Source: a bacterium (GTDB lineage Bacteria > UBA8248). Taken from it: a stretch of 64,000 bases of DNA. The DNA is taken from NCBI GenBank assembly GCA_965213685.1, contig CBDBZY010000064.1:1376001-1440000 (forward strand), written 5' to 3'. Shown here piece by piece: positions 14,365 through 27,603 of this stretch. The notes below the pieces were generated by a model. The model was not told the DNA's origin. It did no database searches and worked only from the letters and a program-made list of their open reading frames with translations. Both the position numbers and the translations under genes were made by a program. Within the stretch, counting starts at the first letter, position 1; the number at the start of each line of letters is the position of its first letter.

Positions 14365-15262
14365 CTATATGACGCCAAAGTTATGGCGCATGATAAAAGC
14401 GTTAAAATATTAGCTACCGCCTGCGTTTACATTAAGGCAGGACGACCCTAAGACATGATTTTGCCTGATTTATTTTTTTAAATATATTCTCCTAATGATG
14501 CCTGTTAGCGAAATAACGTAGTTTGGCGTGATATGTCGGTTCATAGAATTATAAAATTTACGCAATATGCATATCGCTAATTATAGAAAAAAAAATTGCC
14601 AATAACGGCTAATGCTACAGAGACGAAACTTTGGTGGATGATTACTAAGCATGTTGGCTATCTAAGTTTACTTTAAAAATTCGTGCTAAATCTTTCTTTC
14701 TAGACATATAATCGTTTCTTCGTGCTGCGGAATTTAGAAAAACGGTAGCAAATTCTGCCGTAAAGTAGCAAGCCAAGCCTCGAGCAACCCATTGCGCATA
14801 AACTAATTCACTCCCCTTTGGCGAGCATCCACCTCTTCACCGGTTGGCGCCACACAGCGCCGCACATCCAACGGTAGCGGGAAACATGAATCTTTTCAAA
14901 GAATTGCTGTCGTTTTAGCGTTGGTAAATGTAGGGGGAAAGCGACGGTAGAGTAATTGACGAAGAACGCAATCATGACTCGCCCTCCCTTAATAACGCAT
15001 GGGCTTATTAGTTTCTCCCTTCCTGGAGCGGCAATCACTCGTCCAATCTGGAGGTGATTGTCATAACAACGCATCGTTTCCAAATTCACATCCATTCTCT
15101 GTAAGCAACACTCAATTGTAGCAGACGAGCACACGATTTCAAATTGGCACTCGATTTCAAAATCGGCCTTCGATTTCAACCGGCACTCATTTTCACCGCG
15201 GGTTTTCGATACATAACGGGACTCGTTGTTATTGCGTGTACGGTTGTGCCGACGAGCAGAGG

Positions 15263-15546
15263 ATGGCCGAGTGCCAGTTAATTTTCGTCGCTTCTTTTGT
15301 GGCACAGGTCAGAGGCGTCATGTTCTATGGGCTGCAGTTGTATGGGGCTAGGCAGGGAGAGCATGTTGTGCTGGTTAGGAGGCCTAACAACCGTACGACA
15401 GCAACTGTTTGGAAGTGAAACTGGTGCGGAGTCTAATGTCCTTTGTGCTGGGTCACCTGGCGGCGGAAGTTGCTGTGCACCTATCTCCGTTGCTGTGTGA
15501 TGCTCCTCCATGTGTTACATGTTCTGGAGGTCATGACATTCCGTGA
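15263..15546 (+). pseudogene. Stand-alone HIRAN-domain ORF with a single frameshift
   Basis: MAECQLIFVASFVAQVRGVMFYG...VVLVRRPN, then a 1-nt shift near 15390 into PYDSNCLEVKLV...LGHLAAEVAVHLSPLL; matches the HIRAN pattern V.G..Y...L.REP.NPYD.NA..V...GHL....A..L.PL. Confidence 0.7.
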
Positions 15547-16033
15547 CGTCACGTTCACTGCTTTGAAATGTACACCACGCTCAACGTAGGGTCTCGAAAA
15601 TGGCCGCCGAAAGTAGCGTTTTAGCACAGAAGACTCGCTTGCGGAGATACGCTTCGAGGGTACTATCGGAGGTGAGTATGCGATGAAAATATGAGGACGT
15701 AGGATGTTCCATGCAAAGTAACTACAAAACCTGCGCATTTCCCGAGCCTAACGGAAGAGGCCCTCAAAAACCATCGTTTTCTTTCACCGTAGGGAAATAG
15801 TTGGGATTTGCTTCACGATAGTGGGTCCACATATAGCCCCTTAGGGTAGAAGTGTTATGTTGCATGCCTAACATTAAATTTGGGGAACAAAATCATACCG
15901 TTTCTTGTGGTATCCTTGAGTTTCCAATTAGAACGGGTAAGTGATGATCCTCAATGACAGTTATACACTACTGTTACTGATTATTTCCTTTGAGTAATTC
16001 AACGGTGGAGTTACCCTTAATTAAGACATTCAC

Positions 16034-18275
16034 TATGGAACGCCAAATGCGACTAACAAAATCCAACCGCGTTACATTATCCCCCGCGTTTCTGCATCGT
16101 GCGGTGAATCGGCGAATCGATTGGCGAGTGGATTAGTGAACCGTTTAGCAAACCATAGCTATGAGCAAACCGATCAGCGAACCCATTGGCATATCGATCG
16201 GCCAGTCGATCAGTGAATTGAGGATATGTTCTGCACAATGCTCTCTGATATTCCACATGAATGTACAGTGTCTCCTGATGAAGTTTTGTACCTAATAAAA
16301 TGCCTCAATGTGAAATAGGCAAATGGTGTAGATGGAATATCAGCATATATGCTCAAAGCAACAGCTGAAAGCATAGCTTCTCCTCTAGCAAAAGTGTTTA
16401 GCCTGTCTCTCTCTTCTGGAAAGTTTCCTACGCTGTGGAAGTCAGCTCGTGTTGTTCCCATCCTAAAGTCAGGCAACAGATCAGATGTATCTAACTACAG
16501 ACCAATTTCTCTGCTACATATTGTTAGCAAGATGCTGGAAAGATATGTGTACACGTTACTTTGGGATCATCTGATCAATCATGCTCCTCTCTCTGTCAAT
16601 CAATGGGGCTTTCAATCAGGAAGGTCCACTGTAACATCTCTACTTGCAACTACTCATGATTGGCATAGATTTCTGGATCAGCGGAAGGATGTCATGTGCG
16701 TTTTCTTTGACTTTCGGAAAGCCTTCGATACTGTTCCCCATCGCAGACTCATGACAAGACTGATTGAACTTGGAATACACGCTACTCTTTTAGCTTGGCT
16801 GTGTAGCTACCTGAGCAGAAGATGTCAACGTGTTGTTGTAAATGGACAATCCTCTTCTTCCAAATATGTACTATCAGGTGTACCACAAGGTTCTGTTTTA
16901 GGGCCATTACTATTCCTCATATACATAGACACAATCCTCTCCCTAGAGTTCTCTGAAAGTTCAAAGATATCCCTTTATGCTGACGATGTATTACTGTACA
17001 AACCCATTGTTACTAGTTCCTCCTTTCATGAGCTTCAGGTAGACATCAACAACATCTCTATGTGGACGTCAATTAATCTGATGTCTCTGAATACTGAGAA
17101 GTGCAAATGTATGCTGTTAACAAATAAAAGGAGTTCAGACCACCCACCACTTTTGCTGAACAATCAAAATCTTGAACAGGTAAAACAATACAAATATCTT
17201 GGTGTTACCATTTCATCTAACCTTCGCTGGTCCCCACATATTGAGCGAATTTGCAAATCTGCAAGAAAGAAGTTGGGAATAATTTATAGAAACTTTTCAC
17301 ACACTTCCTCATCACCCCACATTATTCTACAGCCGTATTTGTCGCTCGTTCGTCCATCACTTGAGTATGCTTCTCAGGTCTGTGACCCCCACTCATCAAA
17401 GGATGTTAAGGTTCTTGAGAACATTCAAAAGTTTGCTTTGAGGATTGCCACAAAACAGTATTATGCAAGATATGAAATTTTACTTGACACTTTTCAGCTT
17501 CCATCTTTGGAAAACAGAAGGAGCTTCTTATCATTATGTGCATTTTTTAGTATTGTAAACGATTTTGTTTATTTTCCTCCAGTAGAGGGCACACCAAAAC
17601 CTCTGCAAACTCACCACCCTCATAGGCACCACCATCGCCGAGCACTTATGGTCCCTTTTGCCAACCATGCCACTTTGTTCTCCACATTTCTTTTTAAATG
17701 TGCTAAACTTTGGAACAACCTACCTCATGATGCTGTCTCAGCCACTAATATACATACTTTTAAGTTACTTATATCACCTTTATTTTCTTAATGTATTCAT
17801 TGCTTTGGTTACACTTGTATATTAGCTTACAGCTATTAGTGCTGCCTTGCCATGTGCAGAAAGTTATTATAAAAAAAATAAAAAATAAAAAATAAATTAT
17901 TTGGCGAATCGATCTATCTACGTACCACGCCCACCGGATACGGCACTCGGCCTGTACAGGAACCTTTGCCGATCGATTCGCTGATTGTTTCGCCAAATGA
18001 TTCGCTGGTCGATTGGCCGATCGATTTGCCAATCGGTTCGCTGATCGGTTTTGCTAAACCATTCACTGATCGATTCGCCAATCGATTCGGTAATTGATTT
18101 GTCAATCGATTAGTTAACCGATTTACTAATGGATTCGCTGATCGATTCGCCAATCGATTCGCCGATTTTCCACATGACGATCTCTTACAGAAACGCAGTG
18201 GGATACCTGGGATAATGATCGTAACGCAGTTCAGTTGAATTTTATTACTTATTTTTGTCGCATTTGCGTTCCATA
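16034..18275. mobile_element. Non-autonomous TIR element with TAYGG termini and 6-bp TSD (IS3EU-like), split by a LINE
   Basis: Ends TATGGAACGCCAAATGCGAC and GTCGCATTTGCGTTCCATA; exact TSD ATTCAC at 16028-16033 and 18276-18281; subterminal arrays of a ~12-bp ATCGATTCGCCA-like unit in inverted orientation. Confidence 0.8.
16349..17791 (+). mobile_element. 5'-truncated CR1/L2-group LINE, RT ORF of 480 aa (element about 16219-17896)
   Basis: NYRPISLL, QWGF, FFDFRKAFDTV, GVPQGSVLGPLLF, YADD, YKYLGV; A-rich tail at 17871-17896. Confidence 0.93.
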
Positions 18276-18309
18276 ATTCACTGATAGTAGATCACTGGTT
18301 TTTCACTTA

Positions 18310-20070
18310 TGGCAGAAAGTATGCAAGGAGCTCAGGTGTTTTCTCCAACCAGGAAGATAAAAGCAAAACATCATCCGCAAACATTAATGTACTTACCATT
18401 TAGTTGAGCTCCAGCGTGGTTGCCCAATACTTCTGATTCCAGATCGCTTATGAATAGGCTGAATAGTAATGGGCTAAGATTAAATCCTTGTTGCACACCT
18501 TTCTGACATGAGAGTGGCTCTGTACTCTCACATCTGGATACTGACTCACAATACTGCCTTGAGGTACACTGATTGGATTACTTTTAGGCACTGCTGACAT
18601 AATCCATAGTAAATTGTGGTTCACATTATCAAAAGCTTTTGCTGAGAGCTGTCTTTTGTAAGTTAGCTGGATGAGACTGTTAAAGATAGAGACAATCAGG
18701 TGTTCTCTGAACCTTCTGAAAACCAAATTGTGTTTAGGGTAGTATACTTCTCATTTCAGCCCGGTCATTTAGTCTGTTGTGCAACACTGTAGTGAACAGC
18801 TTTCCAATAGAATTGAATAATGTTATTGCTGTATAATTATTAGGGTCACCTTTGGCACCAGACTTGTGAAAAGGGCATATAACTCCATTAGGCCAAGATG
18901 CAGGATACTCACCAGTGCTCAAGACACAATTGGTAAGAAGGTTGACAAGTCATTATTTGAAAGCTTTATGAACACCTGGTGGGATTCCATCATCACCTGG
19001 TGATTTGCTTGAGTTCATACTATGAACTGCGTACATGATTTCTTCACTCTGTATTGTCATCCAGTTCTGGTACATAAAGTCATTCATTGGTAGGATATGC
19101 TGGTTCTAACCTCCAACAGAGATTTATAACATTAATTTTACTGCTTGAAGTGTGATAGCAGCGTCTTGGGATCAAGAGTGCAATTTTGCAGTACAATGTT
19201 CCAGAAGTCACTCAGTCTTCTGGTGACTGTACTAAGTAATTCTTTATGCAGTTTCAAACGTAGACCCAACTTGTACTTGATAAGCTCCTTCTCATCTATA
19301 GAATTCTTCTCTCACATCATTATCCATTGGTTTTTCTAGAAACATTATTCTAGCAACACTTTGTTTTTTGCAGTCATTAATCAAGTCATTTGTTGCATGG
19401 AAATATTTGACTTTCACCTTTTGTTGAAGCAGTGTGATGGATTGGTTTGTTTGATTTATGTACACTGCACATTCATTCACCATCATCTTCAGCACATTTG
19501 TCATTCTTTCTGCTGCCACATTAATGTTAACTGTGTCAGTGATCTCATCTAAATCAGTTATTTGTTGGTAGTGTTCTCTTCGGTTTTCTTTTGAACTTCA
19601 CACATTTTTCTTAATTCCATGTAAGAGGCCGAGCCAGATGTTGAAATGGTTTTTCACATTCTTCTTGCATTTTCTCCTGTGTCTGGGCAATAAAGAATGC
19701 TCTACAGCGAACGCAGTGATCCGAATATGTTTCCAGGCTGGCAAGACAGAAATGAGATATGTTGTCAGGTGATACAATGAGATAATCTACCACACAGCCC
19801 TCATGGTTTATAACATGTGTATTTTTGCTCTTTATTTCCTGCATGCCTTCCATTAACAATCCTCATCCTAGAGCTGATACATAGGTCAAGCAGGCTTCTG
19901 CCTCTTGTGTTCACTGACCTATTCTTTAATACTCTAGGCTCCTCCTTGTGTCTATGAAATAATTTATGCATGTATAGGTGACTGGAATTATTTCTGAATC
20001 ATATCTTAAGAATGTAGTCAGTAATATTCTGGCATTCAGATTTCCACACAAGAGGTTGCTTTCTTTCATC
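18310..20070 (-). mobile_element. Decayed, internally deleted RTEX-like LINE copy (APE-RT part), inverted relative to its neighbour
   Basis: Fragments VVDYLIVS, LETYSDHC, GEYPASWPNGVICPFHKSG, KAFDNVNHNLLW and FADDVLLL are colinear with the 20285-23627 copy. Confidence 0.85.
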
Positions 20071-20284
20071 CTTCAAACACTTGCCACTGTGAATTTTCAC
20101 ACACTGTTGCCATTGAGTCAACTGGGTTAATTGTATGTCCTGAAATCATTGAGTCAATTGTATGCCCTGAAGTGCAATACATGCTAACAACACTCAGTGC
20201 ATATGCCACATGCTCAGATGTACATATATGTACTCTATTGTGGTCAGAAAAGAGGTACCCTTAATAACACACACAGAAATGCTA

Positions 20285-23200
20285 AGAGGATCAGGAGGTA
20301 TCTTGCTACACATTAAGGAAGGAATTCACAATGATGTTGTGATCATGAATGACATGTACGCAGATGACAGAATATGGATTAAACTATTTGCCTTGACAAA
20401 GTATGAAGATTGGAATGACATATATTGCTGCTTCTGTTACATGCTTCCAAGTGATTCAATGGCTACAGTTTGTGAAAGTTCACAGAGGCATGTGTTTGAA
20501 GCTGAAATAATGAAATATTTAATAAAGGGAAGCATCCTTTTGTGTGGAGATCTGAATGCACGTACAGGGAATATTGCTGACTACATAAAATATGACTCTC
20601 CAGTTACTCCTACATGTATAGATTATGTGGTGGATATGGAGGAACCCCGCGTATCAACGGATATGTCAGTGAACACACGACGCAAAAATCTTTTCGACCT
20701 ATGTATCAGTTCTAAGCTGAGAATTGTTAATGGAAGGCATGCAGGAGATAAAGAGGGGGGTTACACATGTTACACACCACGAGGCTGCAGTGTGGTAGAT
20801 TATCTCGTATCAACTGATATACTTCACAAAATATCTCATTTCTGTGTGGCCAGCCTGGAGACGTACTCAGATCATTGTCCCCTTATATTTTCAGTGGAGA
20901 ATACTTTTATTTCCCAAGTGCAGGAGGAAGGGGCAAAAGGAATGTGCAACACCATTACAATATCTGGCTCAGCCTCTTACCTGGAATGAAGAAGTATGTG
21001 TGAAATTCAAAAGAAAACTGGAAGAGAACGCAACAATAAATCATATAAAGAAATTAGAAGAGGTCCTCGACAAAGTTAATGTTAATGCAGCAGCAGAAAA
21101 AATGACAACATTGTTGAAGATGATAGTGGAAGAATGTTGCAATACACATAAACCAAACAGAAGTACTCATCATATTGCTCCAACAACAGATAAAACTCGA
21201 ATATTTCCACGCAATAAATGGCTTGATGATGTTTGCAAGGAACAAAGGCGTATACTCAGTGTTGCAAAAAAACTGTTTCTAGAGAAACCAATGGATAGTG
21301 CTGTGAGAAGAATTTTATAGACAGAGAAAGGCATACAAGAAACCAATTAAGTACAAAAAGTTGGGTGTGCAGTTAAAACTACATAAGAAATTACTCAGTA
21401 CAGTGAACAGAAAACCTAGTGACTTCTGGAACATTGTAAATCTCAAAGCAACCAGTAAAAGTAGTACACTTTCTGTTGATCCCAAGATGCTTCTCTTACA
21501 CTTCAAGCAATTAAATATGGTCAATGTATGTTTGAATTTAGAGCCTTCAAGTTCTTCCAACAATTGTCTGTATGTACCAGAACTGGATGACAACATTGAG
21601 AGTGGAGAGGTCATGTTGGCAATTAAGAGTATGAAATCAGGAAAATCTCCAGGTGATGATGGAATCCCACCAGGTGTATACAAAGCCTTAAATGAACGAC
21701 TGGTCAACCTACTCACCATCCTGTTCAATCAGGTTTTGCGAACTGGTGAATATCCTGCTTCTTGGTCTACTGGAGTTATATGCCCTATTCACAAGGCAGG
21801 TGCCAAATGGGACCCTAATAATTATAGAGGAATAACACTACTCAACTGTATTGGAAAGCTCTTCACTACTGTGTTATTCAACAGACTTAATGACTGGGCT
21901 GAAATGAGAGGTCTACTACCTGAAACACAATTTGGATTTCGGAAGAATCGGAGAACAACAGATTGTCTGTTTATCCTTAACAGTCTCATTCAAAGTGCAA
22001 AGTTGCAAAAGAGAGCTCTCTTTGCCTGTTTTGTGGATTTCAGTAAAGCTTTTGATAATGTGAATCACAATTTATTATGGAATAAACTGGTTGCATTAGG
22101 AATAAGTCAGCAGTGCCTTAAAGTAATCAAATCAGTGTATCTCCAGGCTGTATCGAGAGTCAGAGTGTCCAGGTGTGAGAGTACAGAGCCATTTCCATGT
22201 CAGAAAGGTGTGAGACAAGGATGCAACCTTAGCCCACTACTCTTCAGCCTATTCATAAGCGATCTGGAGTCAGACATTTTGGGCAACCATGATGGGGCTC
22301 AATTAAATGATATGTTTTTAAGTATATTTAATGTTTGCAGACGATGTTTTGCTATTGTCTCCAAGTGCAAATGGTTTGAGAAAACACCTGAGCTCCCTGC
22401 AAACATTCTGTCACAAGTGGAACCTAAGAATCAATACTGAGAAAACTAAGATTTGCATATTTGGTAACAATCATGATAAATTGCCATTCTTCTGGGAAGG
22501 TATCCCACTGGAGAGAGTGAGTGCATACAAGTATCTGGGAGTGTGGATAACATCAAATGGGAATTCAGGACAGCTAAAAGACATCTTAGTAATCAAGGAA
22601 AAAAAGCAGTTTTTTCCCTTAAATCAGCACTCTTCAAGCTGCACTACCCTCCAGTCCCAGTGGCCTTAAAACTTTATGATGTAATGATTGTACCCATTCT
22701 ATGTTATGGTTGTGAGTTATGGGGGTTTCATGAGGACAAGGATTTGGAGAGAGTTGAAGACCACTACCTTAAGTTTGTTCTTTACCTCCCACCTAATGCA
22801 ACTACAGCAGCTATTCGAGGTGAACTTGGTCAACTACCTATCCATCTGTTATGGAAAGAGAGGATTTTGAGATACTGGAACAGACTCTGCTCAGAGGATA
22901 CTCCAGTACTACTCAGACATGCAATTCTTCATCTAAAGCACTTGCTTGAAAAAGGCAAACAATGTTGGCTAACCAAGGTGCAAGCAATATTTGAGGGGGC
23001 AGGTTTTGCTTCTGCCTTTACATATAACGGCTGTGACAAAGAGTTAACCAACTTAATAATGCTACGTTACCGAGACCAGTACATCCAATCCTGGTATCAG
23101 AAGCTCCATAGAATAACTAGTACAAGAGGAAGTGGTGGAAATAAGTTAAGAACCTATCAACTTTTGAAAAGCAAGTTTGAGCAGGAACCATATTTATCTA

Positions 23201-23627
23201 TCGTGGCAAATGTAAAGCATAGAGTGGCTCTCACTCGATTAAGACTAAGCTGCCATCGCCTTGAAATTAAAGTCGGCAGGTATCATAAGCCAACACCTAC
23301 TCCTGTACCCCTTCGGCTGTGTTGGAGATGCCAGATGGTGGAAGACGAGATACACCTCATTTGTGTGTGTCCCAGATTCTCGACATTATGTCAGGAACTT
23401 TTTGCAATGGTTCATGCTTATTATCCGCCTTTCCAGTGGCTCAGCACAACTGACAAGTTCATACATCTGCTAACATCCACAAATGTGCACATTCTACGTG
23501 AACTATCTGCTTTTGTGTATAAGTCATTTAAATTGCATTCGTGTACCACTGCATGACAAATAAGCCACCGCGGCTTCCGTTGTCAATAAAAGTATTAGTA
23601 TTATATTATTATTATTATTATTATAAT
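20285..23627 (+). mobile_element. RTEX-like LINE ORF2 (APE + RT + CCHC), frameshifted, with (ATT)n tail
   Basis: APE: CGDLNAR, SVVDY, SDHCP. RT: NYRGITLL, FVDFSKAFD, GVRQGCNLSPLLF, FADD. C-terminus LRTY..K..F..EPYL...LRLSCHRLEI..GRY...CWRC..EDEIHL..C. AATAAA at 23585 then TAT repeats; about four frameshifts. Confidence 0.9.
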
Positions 23628-24050
23628 TAGCATGAAGTCATAGAGTTTCATTTGGAGGGGGGCATTTGCCCCCACTTGGAAATTTTTTTCAAGATCACTA
23701 TCACAACACACACCACATACCAAGGTTGGTAGGCCTCTACCATCTTCTTTTGTGCCAAGTGTCATACACAGGAGACATACGTCTGCATATGTAGTAGCAT
23801 GGATAGAAGGTCGTGGATGAGTTATGGAAGCTAACATCTCTTTGCACCAGTTTCCAACACAAGCTGTTTCAAGGCTAGAGCCTAGTACCATAGATATTTA
23901 CCTTACGTTACGTAAATATCTATGCTAGTACTTGCACGTGTGATGAACTAGCAATCCCATGACTTGTGTGAAGGGTTGAAATGTCTAGGAATTGACTAAT
24001 TCCCAGACCACCTCGCTACACTGTAGTCTCGCGAGCAGACGGGCTATGGC

Positions 24051-24622
24051 TAGTCTCGTAAACCACGCCTCTCAACCTGCGGAAGAGAGTCTGGCAAACA
24101 TGCTTACATTGAGTCGTGCGAGGCTGTCCACAAAAATCGTTGACAATCAATTAGATGCGTGGTTGCGGTTTAGCGGCGTAGGCCTGTGTGAACGCGTACA
24201 AGTGCAACAACACTCGTGACACAGGCCACGTTACAGCTTGCGCACAACGACTCTACTGAAGATGCTGCGCTGCCTCCGTAGGGGAGTTGTGCCCCTCGAT
24301 CGCCGTAGGAGAGAAACGATTCCATGGTGACAGCTGTACCACTGTTAGACGTACTCTACGAGGCTTGGAGCTATAACCTAAAGCTCGAGCACTTCTAACG
24401 ACAGCTCTACTTTTAGAATGTGTACGCATGCTTACGGCCGTGTACTTGGCTGCAGATTACTCATTACTGCGCTCAAGTGGTTTTGACAGTTGTCAGTTGT
24501 GAGTGCTAAAACCGCAGTTAGGACAAGTATACTTAACAGCCCTGACTCAGCAACACGAGTGTCCTATGCCATGTTTGTCAGACTCTGCCTTAGGGAGAGT
24601 CAGATTCATGAGATCGAGGCTA
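24051..24622. mobile_element. AcademH-like non-autonomous element; uninterrupted relative of 44814-49642
   Basis: Starts TAGTCTCGTAAACC and ends GGCTA; TSD GGCTATGGC/GACTATGGC (8/9); colinear in reverse orientation with 44814-45057 + 46848-46966 + 49445-49642. Confidence 0.8.
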
Positions 24623-24706
24623 GACTATGGCCAGCATTTCGTGGACGTCGCCGGAATGTTGGCGCCACCAATCAGATTGTAGTATTCACATGATTACTAC
24701 TTTTAA

Positions 24707-24883
24707 CCCCGTGTGTACGGCAGATGTGGCAGATAGAAAACAGAATGGCGCTCTCAGAGAAACCAATCGACGATGCTGTAGCCACTGCAGCAAGACCATC
24801 CTACAAAGAAAAGACACTGACAGATCTTTGACCTGAAGTCGCCATCTGCCACCTGCCATCTGTCTACTAATGGCGCAAAGGTG
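24707..24883. mobile_element. Small TTAA-flanked MITE (piggyBac-like)
   Basis: TTAA on both sides (24703-24706, 24884-24887); inverted GGCAGAT motifs near both ends; TIR match is imperfect. Confidence 0.4.
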
Positions 24884-27148
24884 TTAACTACGCAAGCTCA
24901 CTTTCCTCCAGTTGCTGGTCACCAGACGTAATCTCCCGCGTATTACGTCTGCTCGCGAGACAAGCTACACTGTATAAATCATAACCATGAAAAACTTAAT
25001 ATGTACTCTAGGGGTTAGAACTTAGTGGTTGATGACACGCGACTATATATAAAAAACGTGCCCAAATTAAGAATCGCTCCATTCCGTGGTTTAGTCGGTT
25101 CGTTCCGTAAAATAGACGCGGCCTCTCAATGACGTCATATCGTGCTAGTTACTATACTGAGCTGTATATAAGTCACGTTCGCTGACAAAACCACTGCGAT
25201 TCAGTTTGAAGGTGACCTGATACGTTCGCAGGGCTCCTAATAAAACAGTCCAGACTAACATAATCGCAGAGTACAGTAAGTTCACTGTGTTTGGGTTCAT
25301 TGATCTTTTGTATTCATAAGGGACTGGAATATTGTTGGTCAACTCCGTCGCGCCTGTTTATCATCATACACGTATATGGGAACGCATAGGCCGCGAAAGC
25401 AGGGGGGCTTTAGGGCTGAAGCTCCCCCAATACTTACTTAGGGCACCCCATTGGCCCTGACTGAAGATACGCACCTCGAGCACCATGGCTTTCTCGCGGT
25501 AAAAAGCCTTGCGTGTCCATATGGGCTCGCACCAGTATACGAACGCGGTATGTATTGTATGATAGGTGCATTGAGAACGTTGTACTTCACGTGGCATAAA
25601 GGTCAAAAACTGCAAACCCTAATTGCTTAGGCGTACACTTGTGAGACTCATGCACGCTAGCTGAGAAACTGTAGCTAGCAAAGTTTATCATCAAGCGTCC
25701 GCCGCCAATGTGGTTTCTAATCAAACTACGAGAACCTTCACTATTGAAATTATCGTACACAATGCCACTACATTGTAAACGACTAAAGGAAGTGGCGTTG
25801 TTATGGTGAACAGAAGGTGGCGCAATGATGAGATTATAGTCATTTCTAAATGAATACATTAGATACGAGTGATTTTAAATGAATACATTAGATGCGAGAG
25901 ATGAACTGTCGCTGATAAGGGGTGTGGGGGTATATTCACAAGCGTACAATTGCTACAGTTGACATGCTTGTCATTTGTCAGCTTTCCGTGAACTGTATTC
26001 ATTTGTGACCAATGCTAAGGGCTGCTTAGCAGGACCCTCACCTGCGTCCGCCCGAGAGTGTAGCATCTGTTGAGCGATTTCTTACCTCATTATTGCCTAC
26101 TGTCACGTGATTGTCATGAATATGTTCCACCTATTCTCGGCTGTATTTACACAACATGTACTGTTGAAAATAATCCCAGTGTAATATATTATGTTGGTAC
26201 TATACATGGGGAGATTCTACGCAAGAACTTTGACCTTGCGTAAAACCTTCCCATGTAAAGAACACCACCTATATGGTACATGGAAAGATTTTATGCAAGA
26301 ACTTTGACCTTGCATGAAACCTTTCCACGAAATGAACATCAAGCCACATGACATGGGAGCCCAGTTTTTAAGTGTGACCTTTGACCTCATGTAAAATCTT
26401 CTGTTAGAAAAGGAAGGGGGCTGATAATGCTGCTGCATCCTCCCATCCATGTAAGAAATCTTTGACCTAATCTTGCTGTAAGTAAACATTTCAATACTAA
26501 AGTGTGACTGGCTTATAGATTAAAACTGTCCTCATTGGGAAAATTCCCTTAAAATTTATTGCACAAATCTAACTGGGGCTGGGGGCAGTTAGGGATAGCA
26601 ATTGAAAACATCAATGTATACCTAAAAAGTACGACTATTCCCCATGCTGAAAAGCAGCTATGATTCTTCTCTACCAAGAGAAAAAAAACAATAGGACTAA
26701 GAAGCCATCCAAGAAACACAGCAGTGCAGATTACATGTTTCAAATGCAGGCACCACCTTCTGCATGTGCTGTATGTCTTGAAGACAACAGTGAACATGAT
26801 TTTGTGAATTGGGTAGAGTGCTGTTTTGTCAGATGTAGCTTCATACAAAATGTGCTCATTGTGAAAGTGAAAGGTCTAGTGATTACACTTGCACACTGTA
26901 TCACTGCAGACACCAGTAGTGAACTAATTCTTGGTCAAAAACCTTTGTATTTTAGAACTATTACCTACGCAGATGCAGAGTTTTATGTAGTGGTGGATCC
27001 ATGATGTAGTTGTATACCGATCGCAGCTGTTACAACCTGGAACACCCTTTTCTCCACTACTACGACCTGTTGTTCGTGTAGCACGACGACGTAGTTAGTA
27101 ACGATCTAGAGAAATAATTCGAGACATAAACTGAAGTACCGTACTGAG

Positions 27149-27210
27149 TAGTCTCGCTAGCCAGACCCTCAACCCTCTCTCGTAGCGTGAGGGTCTGGCT
27201 AGCGAAACTA
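27149..27210. mobile_element. 62-bp hairpin micro-transposon, AcademH-like
   Basis: TAGTCTCGCTAGCCAGACCCTCA-loop-TGAGGGTCTGGCTAGCGAAACTA; exact 9-bp TSD CGTACTGAG at 27140-27148 and 27211-27219. Confidence 0.85.
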
Positions 27211-27603
27211 CGTACTGAGCTAACTATCTACTGAAGGTGGAGGGCTAGGCCTCCTTCGAGACGTTTCTTCGGGGTCTAAACATCCTAGAGGTTTGTCCGT
27301 TCGAAACGGGTTAAACACCCTGGGTAACCTTCTGTCTTTATATTATGGCTGGTCTACCACCAGGAGCCCATATGTGCCGCGAAGCGGCGCCAAGGAGCTG
27401 AGAACAGCGATGTCCTAAACGGGAACTTTGACCTCTCTGTCATTGACCAGTTGGAGAACCCACACTACCGTTACACCTGTTGTACACTTATGTAGCTTCT
27501 GTAGCAGCTGTTACGTAACTGTGTGCCAAATAACGCTATCATGCGCTGTTGGACGCCGCTTCACGGCGCTTATGGGCTCCTGCTACCACGAAAGCCCTGT
27601 ATA

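Larger units (their letters stand above)
24024..24963. mobile_element. AcademH-like non-autonomous element hosting nested insertions
   Basis: TIRs TAGTCTCGCGAGCAGACG and CGTCTGCTCGCGAGACAA; exact 9-bp TSD GCTACACTG at 24015-24023 and 24964-24972. Confidence 0.8.

Noticed and set aside
14808-15305. 165-aa minus-strand ORF
   Set aside because: No recognisable motif; overlaps the HIRAN start on the opposite strand.
26660-27004. PHD-like ORF (CAVC...WVECC)
   Set aside because: Zinc-ligand set is incomplete and there is no supporting exon structure; at most a decayed transposon fragment.
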